Origin: Paraphysomonas bandaiensis
Lineage: Eukaryota; Protista; Chrysophyceae
DNA: 64,000 bases
Reading direction: 5' to 3'
Assembly: GCA_965644295.1 (NCBI GenBank)
Contig: CBFFRP010000208.1
Coordinates: 1 to 64,000 of the forward strand
Part shown: one piece after another, positions 39,965 to 52,152 of the stretch
Layout: every line of letters starts with the position of its first letter
Numbering within the stretch: position 1 is the stretch's first letter
Translations under genes and position numbers: made by a program
The notes under the pieces: generated by a model
Told to the model about the DNA's origin: nothing
Seen by the model: the letters and a program-made list of their open reading frames with translations, nothing else
Database searches by the model: none

Positions 39965-40160
39965 AGAACGGAAGTGGTTGCACCTTGGTGCTTGCGACGA
40001 CGCATGAGCAGCTTTCGTAGCGTTATAATATATATAATAGTAGAATATGAGAATTTGTATAATTAGTTACAGGTAGAAGTCTATCTAGCTTAACTAGTTT
40101 TCGTCTAGCTACTTATCTGGTGATGATTCTCGACGCCTATTGCTAATAATAAGACTTTCA
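39965..40160 (+). repeat. Element 'R' copy (also a partial opposite-strand copy at ~39710-39760 and a partial copy at 40485-40517)
   Basis: AGAACGGAAGTGGTTGCACCTTGGTGCTTGCGACGACGC...AATAATAAGACTTTCA. Confidence 0.85.
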
Positions 40161-40184
40161 CACATTTATTTGCCCTTATACCCC

Positions 40185-40826
40185 GGGTGCCCCTCAACAA
40201 AGTCGGACTCGCACCTTTTCGTGTGGTGTTCTGGGAGATAAGTACCGGAGAGATTCTCTCTGGGAAACTAACGTGAGCCGCAAGCATAGTCAGCAGATAA
40301 TGTTCTACCCACTCATAGCCGAATGCTTGTGTGGTACAAGGGACGACACCAATAAGTGTCACTTGTGTAGACGTCTTTGGGCCCTGACGAATAAACAGGC
40401 ATCCGAAAATGGGCCCACCTGAAGGGTAACCGGGGTATTGTGCTGCCTGCTGAAGTCAAGCATCCGGGATGTTCACCTTAATTCAGAGCGGAAGTGGTCG
40501 CACCTTGGTGCTTGCGGGATGTGCCCTTGAGGTGGGACCATTTCTCCGATACCTGTTTATTCGTCAAGGCCCAAAGACGTCTACATATGTCACGCCATGC
40601 TTATACCCTCCATGAAGCCCTGAAAGAAGATCCTGATGTGCCTGTGGAGTGCGAGAAGTAGTTACAATTTGCAGTCTGCTATTTCACTTAGAAATTAAGG
40701 GAGCACCACACTATCTATTATGAGCGGTATTATCTACTTTATGTTAGTAGGTATTAATAGCCATTTTTCATTAATGCCATTATAATTGCTGGGAACTGGA
40801 CTACCATTAATGGTTACCAGGCCCTG
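40185..40826. mobile_element. Scrambled decayed hAT copy with right TIR
   Basis: 40185-40480 is an inverted hAT segment. 40520-40826 (+) matches 15890-16150 (TLHEALKEDPDVPVECEK*, CCATTAATGG repeats, GGTTACCAGGCCCTG end). Confidence 0.75.
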
Positions 40827-40911
40827 CTATATAGGGGTATACGGGTATACTGGTATTTAGTTAGAATACCTCGGAGATGAAGATGACATCACATATCGTC
40901 ATGTACTCGAC

Positions 40912-40950
40912 GATGAAATCTTTATGTTGTTCCAACATAAAGATTTCATC
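40912..40950. repeat. Perfect 18-bp inverted repeat with 3-nt loop
   Basis: GATGAAATCTTTATGTTG-TTC-CAACATAAAGATTTCATC. Confidence 0.95.
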
Positions 40951-41231
40951 AAAACTCAACACTTTAAATAAACAACATAGTCTTATAAATTGTGGCGTAT
41001 GGTACGTAGTAGCGTAGTAGTACATCTGCAACCTAGCATGAGGTTACATGAAGACTTGTACTTCTTGCAGCACACAATGATTATATATTTATTAGGCAAT
41101 GAGAACTATATCCACTACTTTATTGAGGTAAGTGCCAGGTTTTAATCGAGAACAGATGTAGTGATGACAAATCACGACTTTCAGGTATTAGTGAGACAGC
41201 AAATGTGTAACATCAGTAAACAGTTGTTATT

Positions 41232-44200
41232 TTATTCTTCTTTTGTGTGAGTATTTTCACTACTACTGGAGGAGATCGTATCCGCAGGGTATTGACTGCG
41301 TGATTCGTTTCCTGGCCGTAAATCTACATTATCGTTATCGCTCGATATCACACTCGGAGTACTATCTTCTTCTGAGGTAAAGGCCACATTTTGATTGTTC
41401 TTCTTGGGTGACTTTCTAGGTTTGCCTGCAGTCTACAGAACGCATTAGCCCCATGATAGAAACTTGTAAAACATACCCCTCTCGTTTCAGCACTCCGGGA
41501 AGGCTTTATCGTACCTCTTCGACTTATAACTTTCCACAGTTTTTTTGCAAGTGCTTTGACATCAGACTTCCCAGTCTGTACACCTAATATACAGTCCATT
41601 TACCAGTGCTACACACAACCAGCATATCAATACCTAAATCCCTGAGTTCCCACATCAGTCTTCCTACTCCCAGCTCCTCAAGTTCCTCGGGGGACGAGTA
41701 GCGCTTGTTAAGAAACTCCACTCCCGACTTAGGAAAGGGATCTTTTGGTGTGTGTATTTTTTCAGAAGATTTTGAACGCGAACTATCAGTCCTGCGCGGT
41801 CCGTGCCGGAATCTAGACAATTTAATCTCAGGGTCCATAGTGTTCGAATTTTTTTTTGCCGCTACTTCGTTTTCTTCCTTTGTTGTAACACTGTGCCTGC
41901 CACAATAACCATGAGAACAAGTGTATTTCAAAAAAGAAGCGCATAACACTCACTGGAAAAAATCTACACTAAATGTCCTTGGTGGGGTCATTGGGAACGT
42001 CGGAACAGTTCCAATAGGTTTATCCCCTTCGACAGGAGGCTCAGGTGAGAGTTCATCCTGCACAGAAGAGTCCAAGAGCTGTTTACGCGAGACCTTTATC
42101 GTTCCTGCAGCGCGATCCACGCCTATCACCTTGAAAAGTATTTTGAAAAAGGAACCAAAAAGGATAAGATCGATCCTACCTTGACCCGAAGGCGTTGACC
42201 TACAGCAACTAACTCAGACATTGGTTTCTTGAGAAGAGCTTCATTCGTAGTGAACTCTGACATATGAAGGAGAGCCTCCTGGGCTCGGGTAAGCCGCACT
42301 CTTACTCCATAGTCCTTAATATCCAAAACCTGAATCAATGTGTTACTATATAGGGAGATTATAGTCCTTCATAACCAAGACCTCGGCAAGATGTATGTCT
42401 CCTTCTTGCGCCTCAACTACAAGATCTCTAACTAATAATTCGGCCTCGGCCACTCCGGCATGGGACTTGCCATGGATATAGGCAATTCCCTCCACACTGA
42501 CGTCGATGGAACAGTCATAGGTGTTCTCTATGTACTTAATCATCTCTCCCCCAGGTCCTGAACAACATCGTTATATAAAACATATCTATTCCAGTACCAA
42601 CTACCTATTAAGTGTCGTTTTCTTTCAGGATCATATTTGATCTCGGCCGCCATAGGGGCATTCTGGTTAACACTTGCCCTAGGTGTCTTGATGCTACCAT
42701 CCATTACGTCTAATATAGAGCTTCGGCCATCCTTGGCCCTGTACAAAGCTTCTTTTAGGACTTGTATTGGAATTCCTCGCGGAAGTTTAACGTCCAACTG
42801 TATAGCCGTGACACCACTCCGAGATCCCGCAACCTTGCAATCCATGTCACCATAGTGGTCTTCCAAACCAAGGATGTCCGTCAAAAGAGTATAATTATCA
42901 CCGGGTGAATGGGGCTCTAAACATGCAGGTGTCACAAGACCGACAGATATACCTGCCACTGCTGCTTTCAGGGGAACTCCGGCATCCATCATACTCAAAG
43001 ACGCTGCACAGGCGGATGCCATGGAAGAGGACCCGCTACTGGACGTGCACTCCGCAAATACACGCACTGTATAGGGGAATTCGGACTGCCCAGGCATTAC
43101 AGGTCGTAGAGCTTTCTCTGCCAGATTACCATGTCCCACCATGCGTCGGTTCACAGCTGTGGCGTTACCAGTCTCGCCAGTGCAGTAAGGTGGGAAATCA
43201 TAGTGAAGGTAGAAGTAGTCCACCTTTTCCCCTGGCCCATTTATACGAGGTAGTACTCTAGCATCTTTGCGTGAACCAAGAGTAGTTACACCAAGTACAT
43301 GTGTGTCGCCTCTCTGAAAAAAAGCCGAGCCGTGAACAGTCGGTAGTACAGAATGATTGGCGGTAATGTTTCTGATATCAGTTAGTCCTCGTCCATCTAC
43401 TCGTCTTTTTTGTAAGTGGACGATATCGCGAAAGGCTTCACTCATGACTGCTTCAGCAGCCATAGCGCGACAGACTGGAGAAAAGGTTGCATACTCCTCG
43501 TGTTTTGCCATGGCCTCTAACATAATGTGCCGTGCTTTACCCTCCGCCTGCGAGCGTTGGGATCTTGGGAGAGACATAGAAAAGGCGTTTGTGGCTGCCT
43601 CCAACCCTATCTCCCTGGCAAATGCTTGCATATCCTCGGGCACTTGAAGCATTGGTACGCGCAGGTCACCACGTGACCATACTGTCATATCCCTAGGACG
43701 AGAAAACTCCAACTCATTTATATCTGGACTTTGTATACCCTCTTTGTCTTCACTACGGGCTGCTAAACATTCCAGCTGTGCATTGATAAGGGGTTGAATG
43801 CTCTCGTGCGCAAGATCGAGGGCTCTGGCGACATCACTTTCTGGTACCTCACAAGCTGATGCCTCCACCCTGAGTCAACATGTCATCGACATACGTAAAT
43901 AAGAAACATCATTCGTGTCCTCACATTAGAACTCGGTCCTTGGTTCCAGCGTAAAGCAGATCGAGAGATGAGTCCTCCAGCTGAACCTGTGTAGGGCTCA
44001 CTACCAACTCACCGCCCACCATACCTACAGGAACATTACATAGTCACATAGCATTGGTGAAGACACACCAATTCGAACACATCCAACAGGACCATCCCAT
44101 GGTTGCTTGGAAAACATCAACGCACAAGAGGCAGCATTGACCCCCATCACAACTGGATCGGCGACGCCATCAACAGCTTGAGCAGTTACCGTTATCTGTT

Positions 44201-44724
44201 ATATTGAAATTAGAAAAAAAGCGTGGAACATCAAACGCGCCGTATTACAACACGAGAAATAATAATTCAGACAAAGTTACAAGCAATCAATGTACCTGAA
44301 CATCATTTACATATCCCTTCGGAAAGAGAGGTCGAATAGACCTATCAATAACACGAGAGACAAGAATCTCTTCATCTGTCCCGTGCCTCTCCCTTCTTTT
44401 GACGTTAGAAGGAATAGCACCAAATGCATGTGATCTGCTTCTGTAGTCCACTGTTAGCGGCAGGAAGTCATCTGTAGCATCAAGTTTTCTATCCGAACAG
44501 ACAGTCGCATGAACGACACTCTGATTGGCGGTGCACATCACACTGCCTTCAGCCATATGGCCCACATCACTAGTGTGGAAGCTGACACATGAGTCATCTG
44601 TATCACGACTGTTTCCTATCAAAACAGAGCTAAATAGACGACCCGAGCGATGATTGAATGCATGTGATGTGAATAATGATCGCGTGAGACCGCTGACTGA
44701 GTTTCTTCTCAAAGCAGATAACAT
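41232..44724 (-). CDS. PNPT1: Mitochondrial polyribonucleotide nucleotidyltransferase (PNPase) with a long C-terminal extension
   Basis: Presequence-like [10 protein letters not shown]. Core motifs [61 protein letters not shown] and S1 (ALLHMSE) domains. In-frame spliced extension ending ...THTKEE*. Confidence 0.93.
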
Positions 44725-45298
44725 CACTACTATGTCGATTACAACTAAGCAGTGAGGGAACACAAACAGTACACACACATTGTACTAATCGATCCTTCAA
44801 TTCTATATAGACTGTATATGTAGGTGATGATAGAGTGGCAGTGTGTGGGTGTATGTATGAAGCAGGAAGCATACCATCTCTGCCACACAACACACTTCGT
44901 CTTTTTTTGAGACCAGTGTGCACCAATCATATCGCCTTATGTCTATGGAAGATAGAATATATCCAATCATATCACTAATTGTATATTTTATTGGTCATAA
45001 TTAGGCAGTAGAAAAACAATGTATTCCAGTGTATACTAGCCTACACTTGTGTGTGTCAGTATGCATATACTGCTGTATTCGTAGCACTATAGCCTATAGC
45101 ATATACATACATATATATACATACATGGTGTACGCAAGCTGCAAGCTGTTGTGCTGACTGTGTATATCTTATTACTGGCCAGATACTATTAACCGACATC
45201 TAGTGGATGATGGTCGTAGCATGATCCGACCCGGAGTGTTTGCACCTCTTGCCCTCCACTCATTGTGATATACAGCAACAGCAGTGTAGTCTATTATT

Positions 45299-45784
45299 AT
45301 GCCTGTCACACGGCTCCCTCACATATGGCTGATAGTGTGTCTTATTGTCACTGTATTACACTCTATTGATGCCAGAAGAAGTTCGAAAGAGTGGAATCAG
45401 CTGAAGTTGGACGAAAGTGACGGATATGACGACGATGAACCTCCACTTTTGACTCAGATTGCAGCTTTGGAAGCGAAGAGGATGAAGAAGGGAATGAAGG
45501 ACACAGACACTGGCCCAATGATCCTCTTTGTCACTTTAAAACATAGAAAGAATGAGATTTTGGAAAGAAAGAAACTGGAGGCAATTGCCAAAATATGGCT
45601 ATCGAAGTTGATGTCGAATTCGTTAGTTGTTGAAATTCAAGTGTTTGGGAAGAATGAATTGCTAGTGAAGATTTTGCATGGATGGATGATTGCTGAAATT
45701 CAAAACTTCATCCTGGACCAGCCTGAAGTACTGTATGTGCTTCGCGACAAGAAAAAAAAATATGGTCGACACCAAGACTTATAG
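45299..45784 (+). CDS. MESD: MESD/Boca-like ER chaperone (single exon)
   Basis: Signal peptide. Core PMILFVTL...IAKIW..L......V.G.N.LL....G....EIQNFILDQ resembles the MESD core. C-terminal HQDL is KDEL-like. Confidence 0.72.
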   Translation: MPVTRLPHIWLIVCLIVTVLHSIDARRSSKEWNQLKLDESDGYDDDEPPLLTQIAALEAKRMKKGMKDTDTGPMILFVTLKHRKNEILERKKLEAIAKIWLSKLMSNSLVVEIQVFGKNELLVKILHGWMIAEIQNFILDQPEVLYVLRDKKKKYGRHQDL

Positions 45785-46344
45785 CAGGGAGGTGAAAATA
45801 CTTTGCTTGTTGAGTTCACTCTTCCTTTATTTATAAATAAATATATATACATTGCTATCCATTAGTGTGTAAGCATAACACTTAGTCAACGTCACTTTTA
45901 TTGCATAATATATAATTTGAAAATATAAATTACAATATACTATTCAATATGCCACGTAGTTTGCAGAAAGGTTTAGTATTACTGCACTGGCTTCACTTCT
46001 TTCTTGGAATCCGTACTCTAAGCTAAATCTTAAGTGTACGTATATATTACGCCTAGCCTACATGGTAAGGAGTGTGTGACATGAGAGCGATTGTGTAATT
46101 TCGTCCTTTCGAAGTCTGTCGACTTGAGATCTCATTTAAAATGTTGTTAGACTGGCTTTAGAGTAAGCTGAACGCATACCAACTAAATTTAAAGTCATAA
46201 CTAATTTTTGATTCCTATGTCAATATCACAGAAGTGTGAACGATTAAAACTACAGCCAAGGTAGTGTGACAATGTAACGGGTGGTCCACATGGGTAAACA
46301 GGGGTGCATTGTAAATTGTAGGGATCAACATCCACTGATATAAC

Positions 46345-46422
46345 GTTGATGTGATCATGAAACATGGAAAAGTGGTTTCACCATATCTCGACCATTTCAC
46401 CAGGTTTCATGATCACATCAAC
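46345..46422. repeat. ~78-nt fold-back (tiny MITE-like or hairpin RNA)
   Basis: GTTGATGTGATCATGAAAC...GTTTCATGATCACATCAAC: a perfect 19-bp outer stem extended by an imperfect inner stem. Confidence 0.85.
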
Positions 46423-47400
46423 TTACATAAAAAAGAATAAGCTAATACCATCAAGCTAACACATCGAGTGATATTTTCGTGCTCTCACTCATCCCCCACT
46501 ATAGAGCGGAGTGGGAGTATAGAGAGCACATGCCTATCATCAATGAAATCACTAAACCACTCGTCCTTGTCATAAAATATTTCCGAATGAGATAGCAAGT
46601 CGCGCGCTCTGTGGCGCTAGTACTTCGACGCCACGCTATCAGGTTTCTATCCAAAGACTTGTTAGCCTGGGTGCCATATTTGGTAGTACTGATCATCAGC
46701 CAAGAATGACAGAACAATTTTGGATGGTCCAACCTCAGCTTTGGCAAGTACGCCTTTCAACTGCTTGTCTCTTATATACTCAACAGTACCTGATTATAAG
46801 CATATGTCTCGAGAAACCCCCCATATAGATGGCCGCCAATAACATCCTTGCACTAATAACCATATCGATGCCTCTCTCCATGCATACTCGCGTAGATACA
46901 CATACACATACACATACACATGTCATGTAGACACCACTGGTCTTCGTATGCTGATATTATCAGATGACGACACGATACAGGAGCATCTAGTTCATTTTCG
47001 GTAAAGAGTTACCAGTTCTGAGGGACTGCATAGGTCCGTCTTTGGCCCACAGACAGATGAATGAATGTATATGTGCATCTGCTGCAGAGGGCATCAGCTG
47101 ATGTCTACATGCACCCAGATCTCCAGGAGTGGTGATGATACGGAAGGTACGAGCAGCAGTTACGTATTTATGCATAGTGTATGATGACTGTATTACGTAT
47201 TCCATACAGAGAGCTGAGATGTGTGTCTGTATGTAGTGTGTATGTGTGTAGGGGGGTGTATGGAGTGGTGTACATATATACATGCATATACATATACACA
47301 CTGCAGCATTACATGCTCGATACACAGCACAGTAATTAACACCATTGCCACTGCACATCACCTCCACACAACCGAGGCATTGCAATATACTATATTGAAT

Positions 47401-48328
47401 ATGCTTAAGAAGTCAGTACATGTGTTCGGTAAGGCTCTGAGGGAGACAGGGCAGGCTCTAGACCGCGTCGCTCTCAGGATTGTTGATAAACACGGTACAT
47501 TGCTGGATGTATATTCCCGCCACAGGAAATTGATGCATATAAACAATAAGGTGTGTGTGTGTTTATAGCCCGTGCATGTGAGGTCATAACCGGTGCACGC
47601 AGTCTCCTTTAGTTGCATTAGATTCATTTGTTGCGCCGAATGCGACTGTTGTCGGAAACGTTCATTTGGGTGAAAAGTCCTCTGTAAGTAGACGCTGTAT
47701 TCTCGTTATGCTTCTGATTATTTTTGTAAAGGTATGGTATGGTGCCGTTGTTCGTGGAGATAGAAACCATGTCTCGGTTGGTTCATATTCTAATGTGCAG
47801 GTAACATTGTGGGATTTGTAGTTTGTACTTTTAAATTAGTGCTTGATGAGTGTTTATACTCAATAATAAATAACGCATATATCTACAGGATAAAGCTACG
47901 ATTAACACCAATCAAGAATTCGATTCAAGTATTTCATCTAATGTTGACGTTGGTTCCCATGTTACTATCGGACATGGCGCTGTACTCAACTCTTGCGTCG
48001 TCAAGGACAATTGCGTTATTGGCATGAATGCTGTTATTGCAGAAGGATGCGTTGTTGAGAAATCCAGCATGGTTGCAGCTGGATCCGTGTTGCTTCCTAA
48101 TACTATTGTTCCATCTGGCCAGCTCTGGGCGGGTAACCCTGCGGTGTACGTTAGAGACGTCACAGAAAAAGAAATTGCGTCATTTGAGAAGGTATGCCCC
48201 TCTTTACTTATTTTCGCTCCTAATTTGTTCTCTGTGAGTAGCAAGCATTGCAATATGCGGACTTGGCCGCTGCTCACGCGGAAGAATATGCTTCCTTTGA
48301 GAATGGTGCTAAACTCTCTGCAAAATAA
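47401..48328 (+). CDS. Gamma carbonic anhydrase-like subunit (mitochondrial complex I type), multi-exon
   Basis: GKALRETGQALDR and SRHRKL N-terminus, FVAPNATVVGNV, VWYGAVVRGD, hexapeptide repeats and GQLWAGNPA. Confidence 0.92.
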
Positions 48329-49024
48329 ACCGAGTCTGTGAATTACGTGTGGAGGTTGTTTATGTGTCAGAGTGATTATGCTATTCCTCGACTCATCTGC
48401 GTGCCAATATAATGCCATGAACAGTCTCATTTAAGGGTTTTTAGAGTGAAGTAATAATAAGCAGTAATTCTTTCCTCTTGTAGTTAGTGTTCTTTCTCCA
48501 CAACGTTGTGATACTATTTCTACTTTTCATTGAGAATCGGAAATTCAATAATAGATTGCCTATAGGAAAATGGACCAGTTTGAATTCTGCAAAGTACTGT
48601 ATTGGATTCCCACGACCTTCAGGAATACAGTATATCAGGAATGGCAGAATAGTACTAAACACATTCCATTATTAAGGGAATCTAAACATGGTACTAAATA
48701 TTCCCAACTTCGTTGCAACTGAAGCGAAACTACACTATTCGGATTCAAAGAATCAACGACTATAAATCTTACAAAATTCTTCAATAACTAGAAAGTAAAA
48801 TAAAGCTAATAAAATATCAAATCAGAATAATGTGAAAATTTTATATTAGCACCGCGAATTTAACATCCACATGATGTCACACTTGAAATACAAAATCCTC
48901 CTCATGTACCCACACAGTTGATTATTCCGATTCAGTATTCACCACAACTAACTAAACAAAAACCAGTTCGATAAACTTTTCTTAGATCTTTGATAAGTAA
49001 CGAGCTTCATATAAGATACCATTC

Positions 49025-50521
49025 CTACGACTGATAGTCGCTCCTTGATAGAGAGCTTTCAGAACACACACTCGACTCATCGGTCTGTTCCCAATTCTGT
49101 CTACTGTGCCTCTTCACGGTTACTAGTTTTCCCGGTGCTGCTTGCCATACACCGGGGGTCTATAAAAGCAAATGCAAAGTTACCTAAATATATATTGCTA
49201 AACAGAGATATATACGCACCTTGGAAGGAGATTGAATGTCATCTGAGTCTGATGGAGGGCAAAGGTCTTTATTAGTTGAACTAGACTGGGAAAGTAGAGG
49301 TGGTGGCGGAGCGCCCGACGATGACCTTCGTTGCTCAGATAATAGCGGCGGGGCGGACGACGCCTTAACCTGACTTGACAATAACGGGGGAGGGGGCCCA
49401 GATAGAGGAGCCCTATGCTGGGGAAGCGGTGGTGGAGCAGATGGGAAACTAGAAGCCCTATCATTGTCGCTGCTACTACTACTACTGTGCTCTAAGTATC
49501 CCGCCATTCCTGTCATAAATGCTGCTGGTCGAATTCCCTCATTTTCAGCATCATTATCGTAAGTTTCTCTAATATCCTCATCATGTTCGCCAGCTCTAGT
49601 ATAAGCAGCAGGGAGGCCGTCCTCTTTGTACCATCCTTCTTCTCGATCTCGCCATTTCACACCACCGCCGCCTCTCCTACCACTCCGAAGCCCCCGTAAC
49701 TTCTTAAGCCAGCTTTTCTTGTCCTGTTGCTTTGTATGTTTCTGAGACTTTTTTTCTGCACGTTTTTCGGCATGGGCTTGCTTTTTCTCCTTCACACGCT
49801 CTACAACACTAGAAATCCACTGGGAAACGGCAGTATAGGCTGTCCTCACGGATGCACACAATAATTCCCACTGAGAAAGTGCCCAGTCCTTCATGGTTCC
49901 ATCCTTACGCTCACCACCAATATCACTACTGGCCTTATCATCTCCACTCACCGATGTCCGGGAGCTCTCATCGAGCTTGTTGAATTCATAATCTCGGTTG
50001 AAGTAGATAAGGTAGAAATAAATCGCAAGTCCCATAACAATAAGTAGAAAGAAAAAAACACCAGCAGATATACCAATTATTTCCCACACAGAAAGTAAAG
50101 TAGAAGAGCCGCTACCATCGTCATAACAGGGACAAATGTGAACAAATTCCAGGCCACCAGCACGATTCTTACAGTCAGACGGAGAGGAGCACGACGACAA
50201 CTGTACCCCTTTGTCAGCATACACCCTAGCGTCACAGTTGGCATAACATCCACCATAAGATCCATACAACTCATTGTTGTTTAACGTCATATCGGTGTTA
50301 CAAACATCGACTGTTAACAAGTTAAAGGGTCAACAGTGTGGTCGATAGCAGTTACCTGATGCAAACTTACAGTTCATTCTACTTATAGCAGCATCCACAC
50401 ATGTGAATCCTTTATGCTGACACACTTCATTGCATGTTCGAGATATATCAGCGGAATATGTGTATCTTATATGGGCATCTGCTGATGCAATAGTGTAAAA
50501 TATGACGGGGATGAAGAGCAT
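49025..50521 (-). CDS. Type I membrane protein with Cys-rich ectodomain and Pro-rich tail (paralogue A, 3 exons)
   Basis: Signal peptide, TCNEVC..GFTC...GGCYANC..YADKG...ICPC, one TM, then polybasic and PPPLP-rich cytoplasmic tail. Last exon TPGVWQ...DYQS*. Confidence 0.8.
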
Positions 50522-51282
50522 CTTCTATATATATATATACGTGTAAGTGCAGTCCCTCAGCAGTGTGTTGTTAGTGCAGGTGACACATACAGGGATGGTT
50601 CTCAGATCACGACTTGTGGTGGTTCTGTTAATGGAGAGGGGAGCCGGACAACTCCATGTATCTGTGGACTCCGTGGTACATGGTACACCTACATACACCC
50701 ATCCATGTACATCCATGATACACATACATACATGCAGCATATCATACTGTTGTACATGGAATACGCTGCTGATGTTCCATATTCTATGATCTCTTCTATA
50801 TACAGGTGTATACCTCCACTACAGTACCACGCACCTTCAAATATTTCAACCACTAGACGTGGGGAGGGTTAGGGTTACATGGACATCACCAGCACCACAG
50901 CAGTAGTGCCAAAATTTTGGTTATGAAACCAGCAACGGCTGTTCGTATAGGTACACTGGTACAAGTATAGTATGGTATGGTACGGTACGGTATGGAACAG
51001 TGTGGGGTGTATAGCATAGCACTGCACAGCACATCAACAGCAGCATCCACAGCAGTGTGCAGCAGATAGATCCACCTGATTGTTACAGCAGTATACATAT
51101 ACAGCAGTGCATACATCTCCTAGAGGATAAACAACACCAACTGATCTTATAGTTAATCTACAGCAGCATCATGATCGGTGAGGTGTATAGCGTCTAGTCT
51201 CCGTTAGTTTATCATCACATACACACAGTAACTGTGACTCTATTAAACATATAGTATACACATATACAAATACCTACACTAT

Positions 51283-52152
51283 ATGAGTCCCATCTCTCTC
51301 CCCGCAATAATGAAACTGAACGTGCTACTGCTATTGATATGTGCGGATGTGTTTGTAGAGGGGTCGAATGTCAATATTGTTCATGTCACTGACAAGATAG
51401 GTCAGTCCTGCATGTCTGTATGCCAGTCGAAGGGGTTAACATGCTACGATAATTTTATTGAGGAGATGCAATGTGCATCTGCTGCCACTGAAGCCTGCGG
51501 AGTAAAATCCGTTAATGATTTAAGTGAGAGTATTCATTGCGATAAAGGCGGTTGCTATGCTAACTGTCGGTATCAGCAGTATGCCGATAGGGGAACGGCG
51601 TATATGACATGTTACTCAGAGCCATCGTGTCATATGATGTCGGCCGGATCACACACGTTTTCGCAAGTCTGTCCTTGTGCAATTGTAGATGACTCAGGTT
51701 CAATTTTTCATATTATGACGTGGCAAGTCGTGGGAATTGCTATATTAGGGACACTTGTTTTTGTCTTGGTCATTGCAACTCTTCATTACTTTTTCCCGTC
51801 GCTTTTCCCCACCAGGTATTAGTATAAGGTGCATTCACATTTCTTTTTTAATTTTTGTATTCACAGAGATAGTATATACAAGAAGATGGGCTTTGGTGGT
51901 GATTCGCCATCTTTTATGGATTCAATTCGACAAGTCCCTCAACTTGTGTCGGACTGGTTCGTCAGCCTCTGGGAAGCAATCTGTAACAAAGTATCTGGTG
52001 CTTTTTCCTCTGTTCGTAGTTCTGTAGAGGCGTCTTCCGCTGCAGCTGCAGAGAGTCGCCGGAAGAGGCGCTTAATGCGTAAAAAGAAACGCGGACAGCA
52101 TTCCGCTTTGAACACTGAGATGGACGAGTCAATGGATATGGAAATTGGATAA
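51283..52152 (+). CDS. Type I membrane protein with Cys-rich ectodomain (paralogue B, 2 exons)
   Basis: Signal peptide, GQSCMSVC..GLTC...GGCYANC..YADRG...VCPC, one TM and a polybasic tail. Intron at ~51816-51866. Confidence 0.82.
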
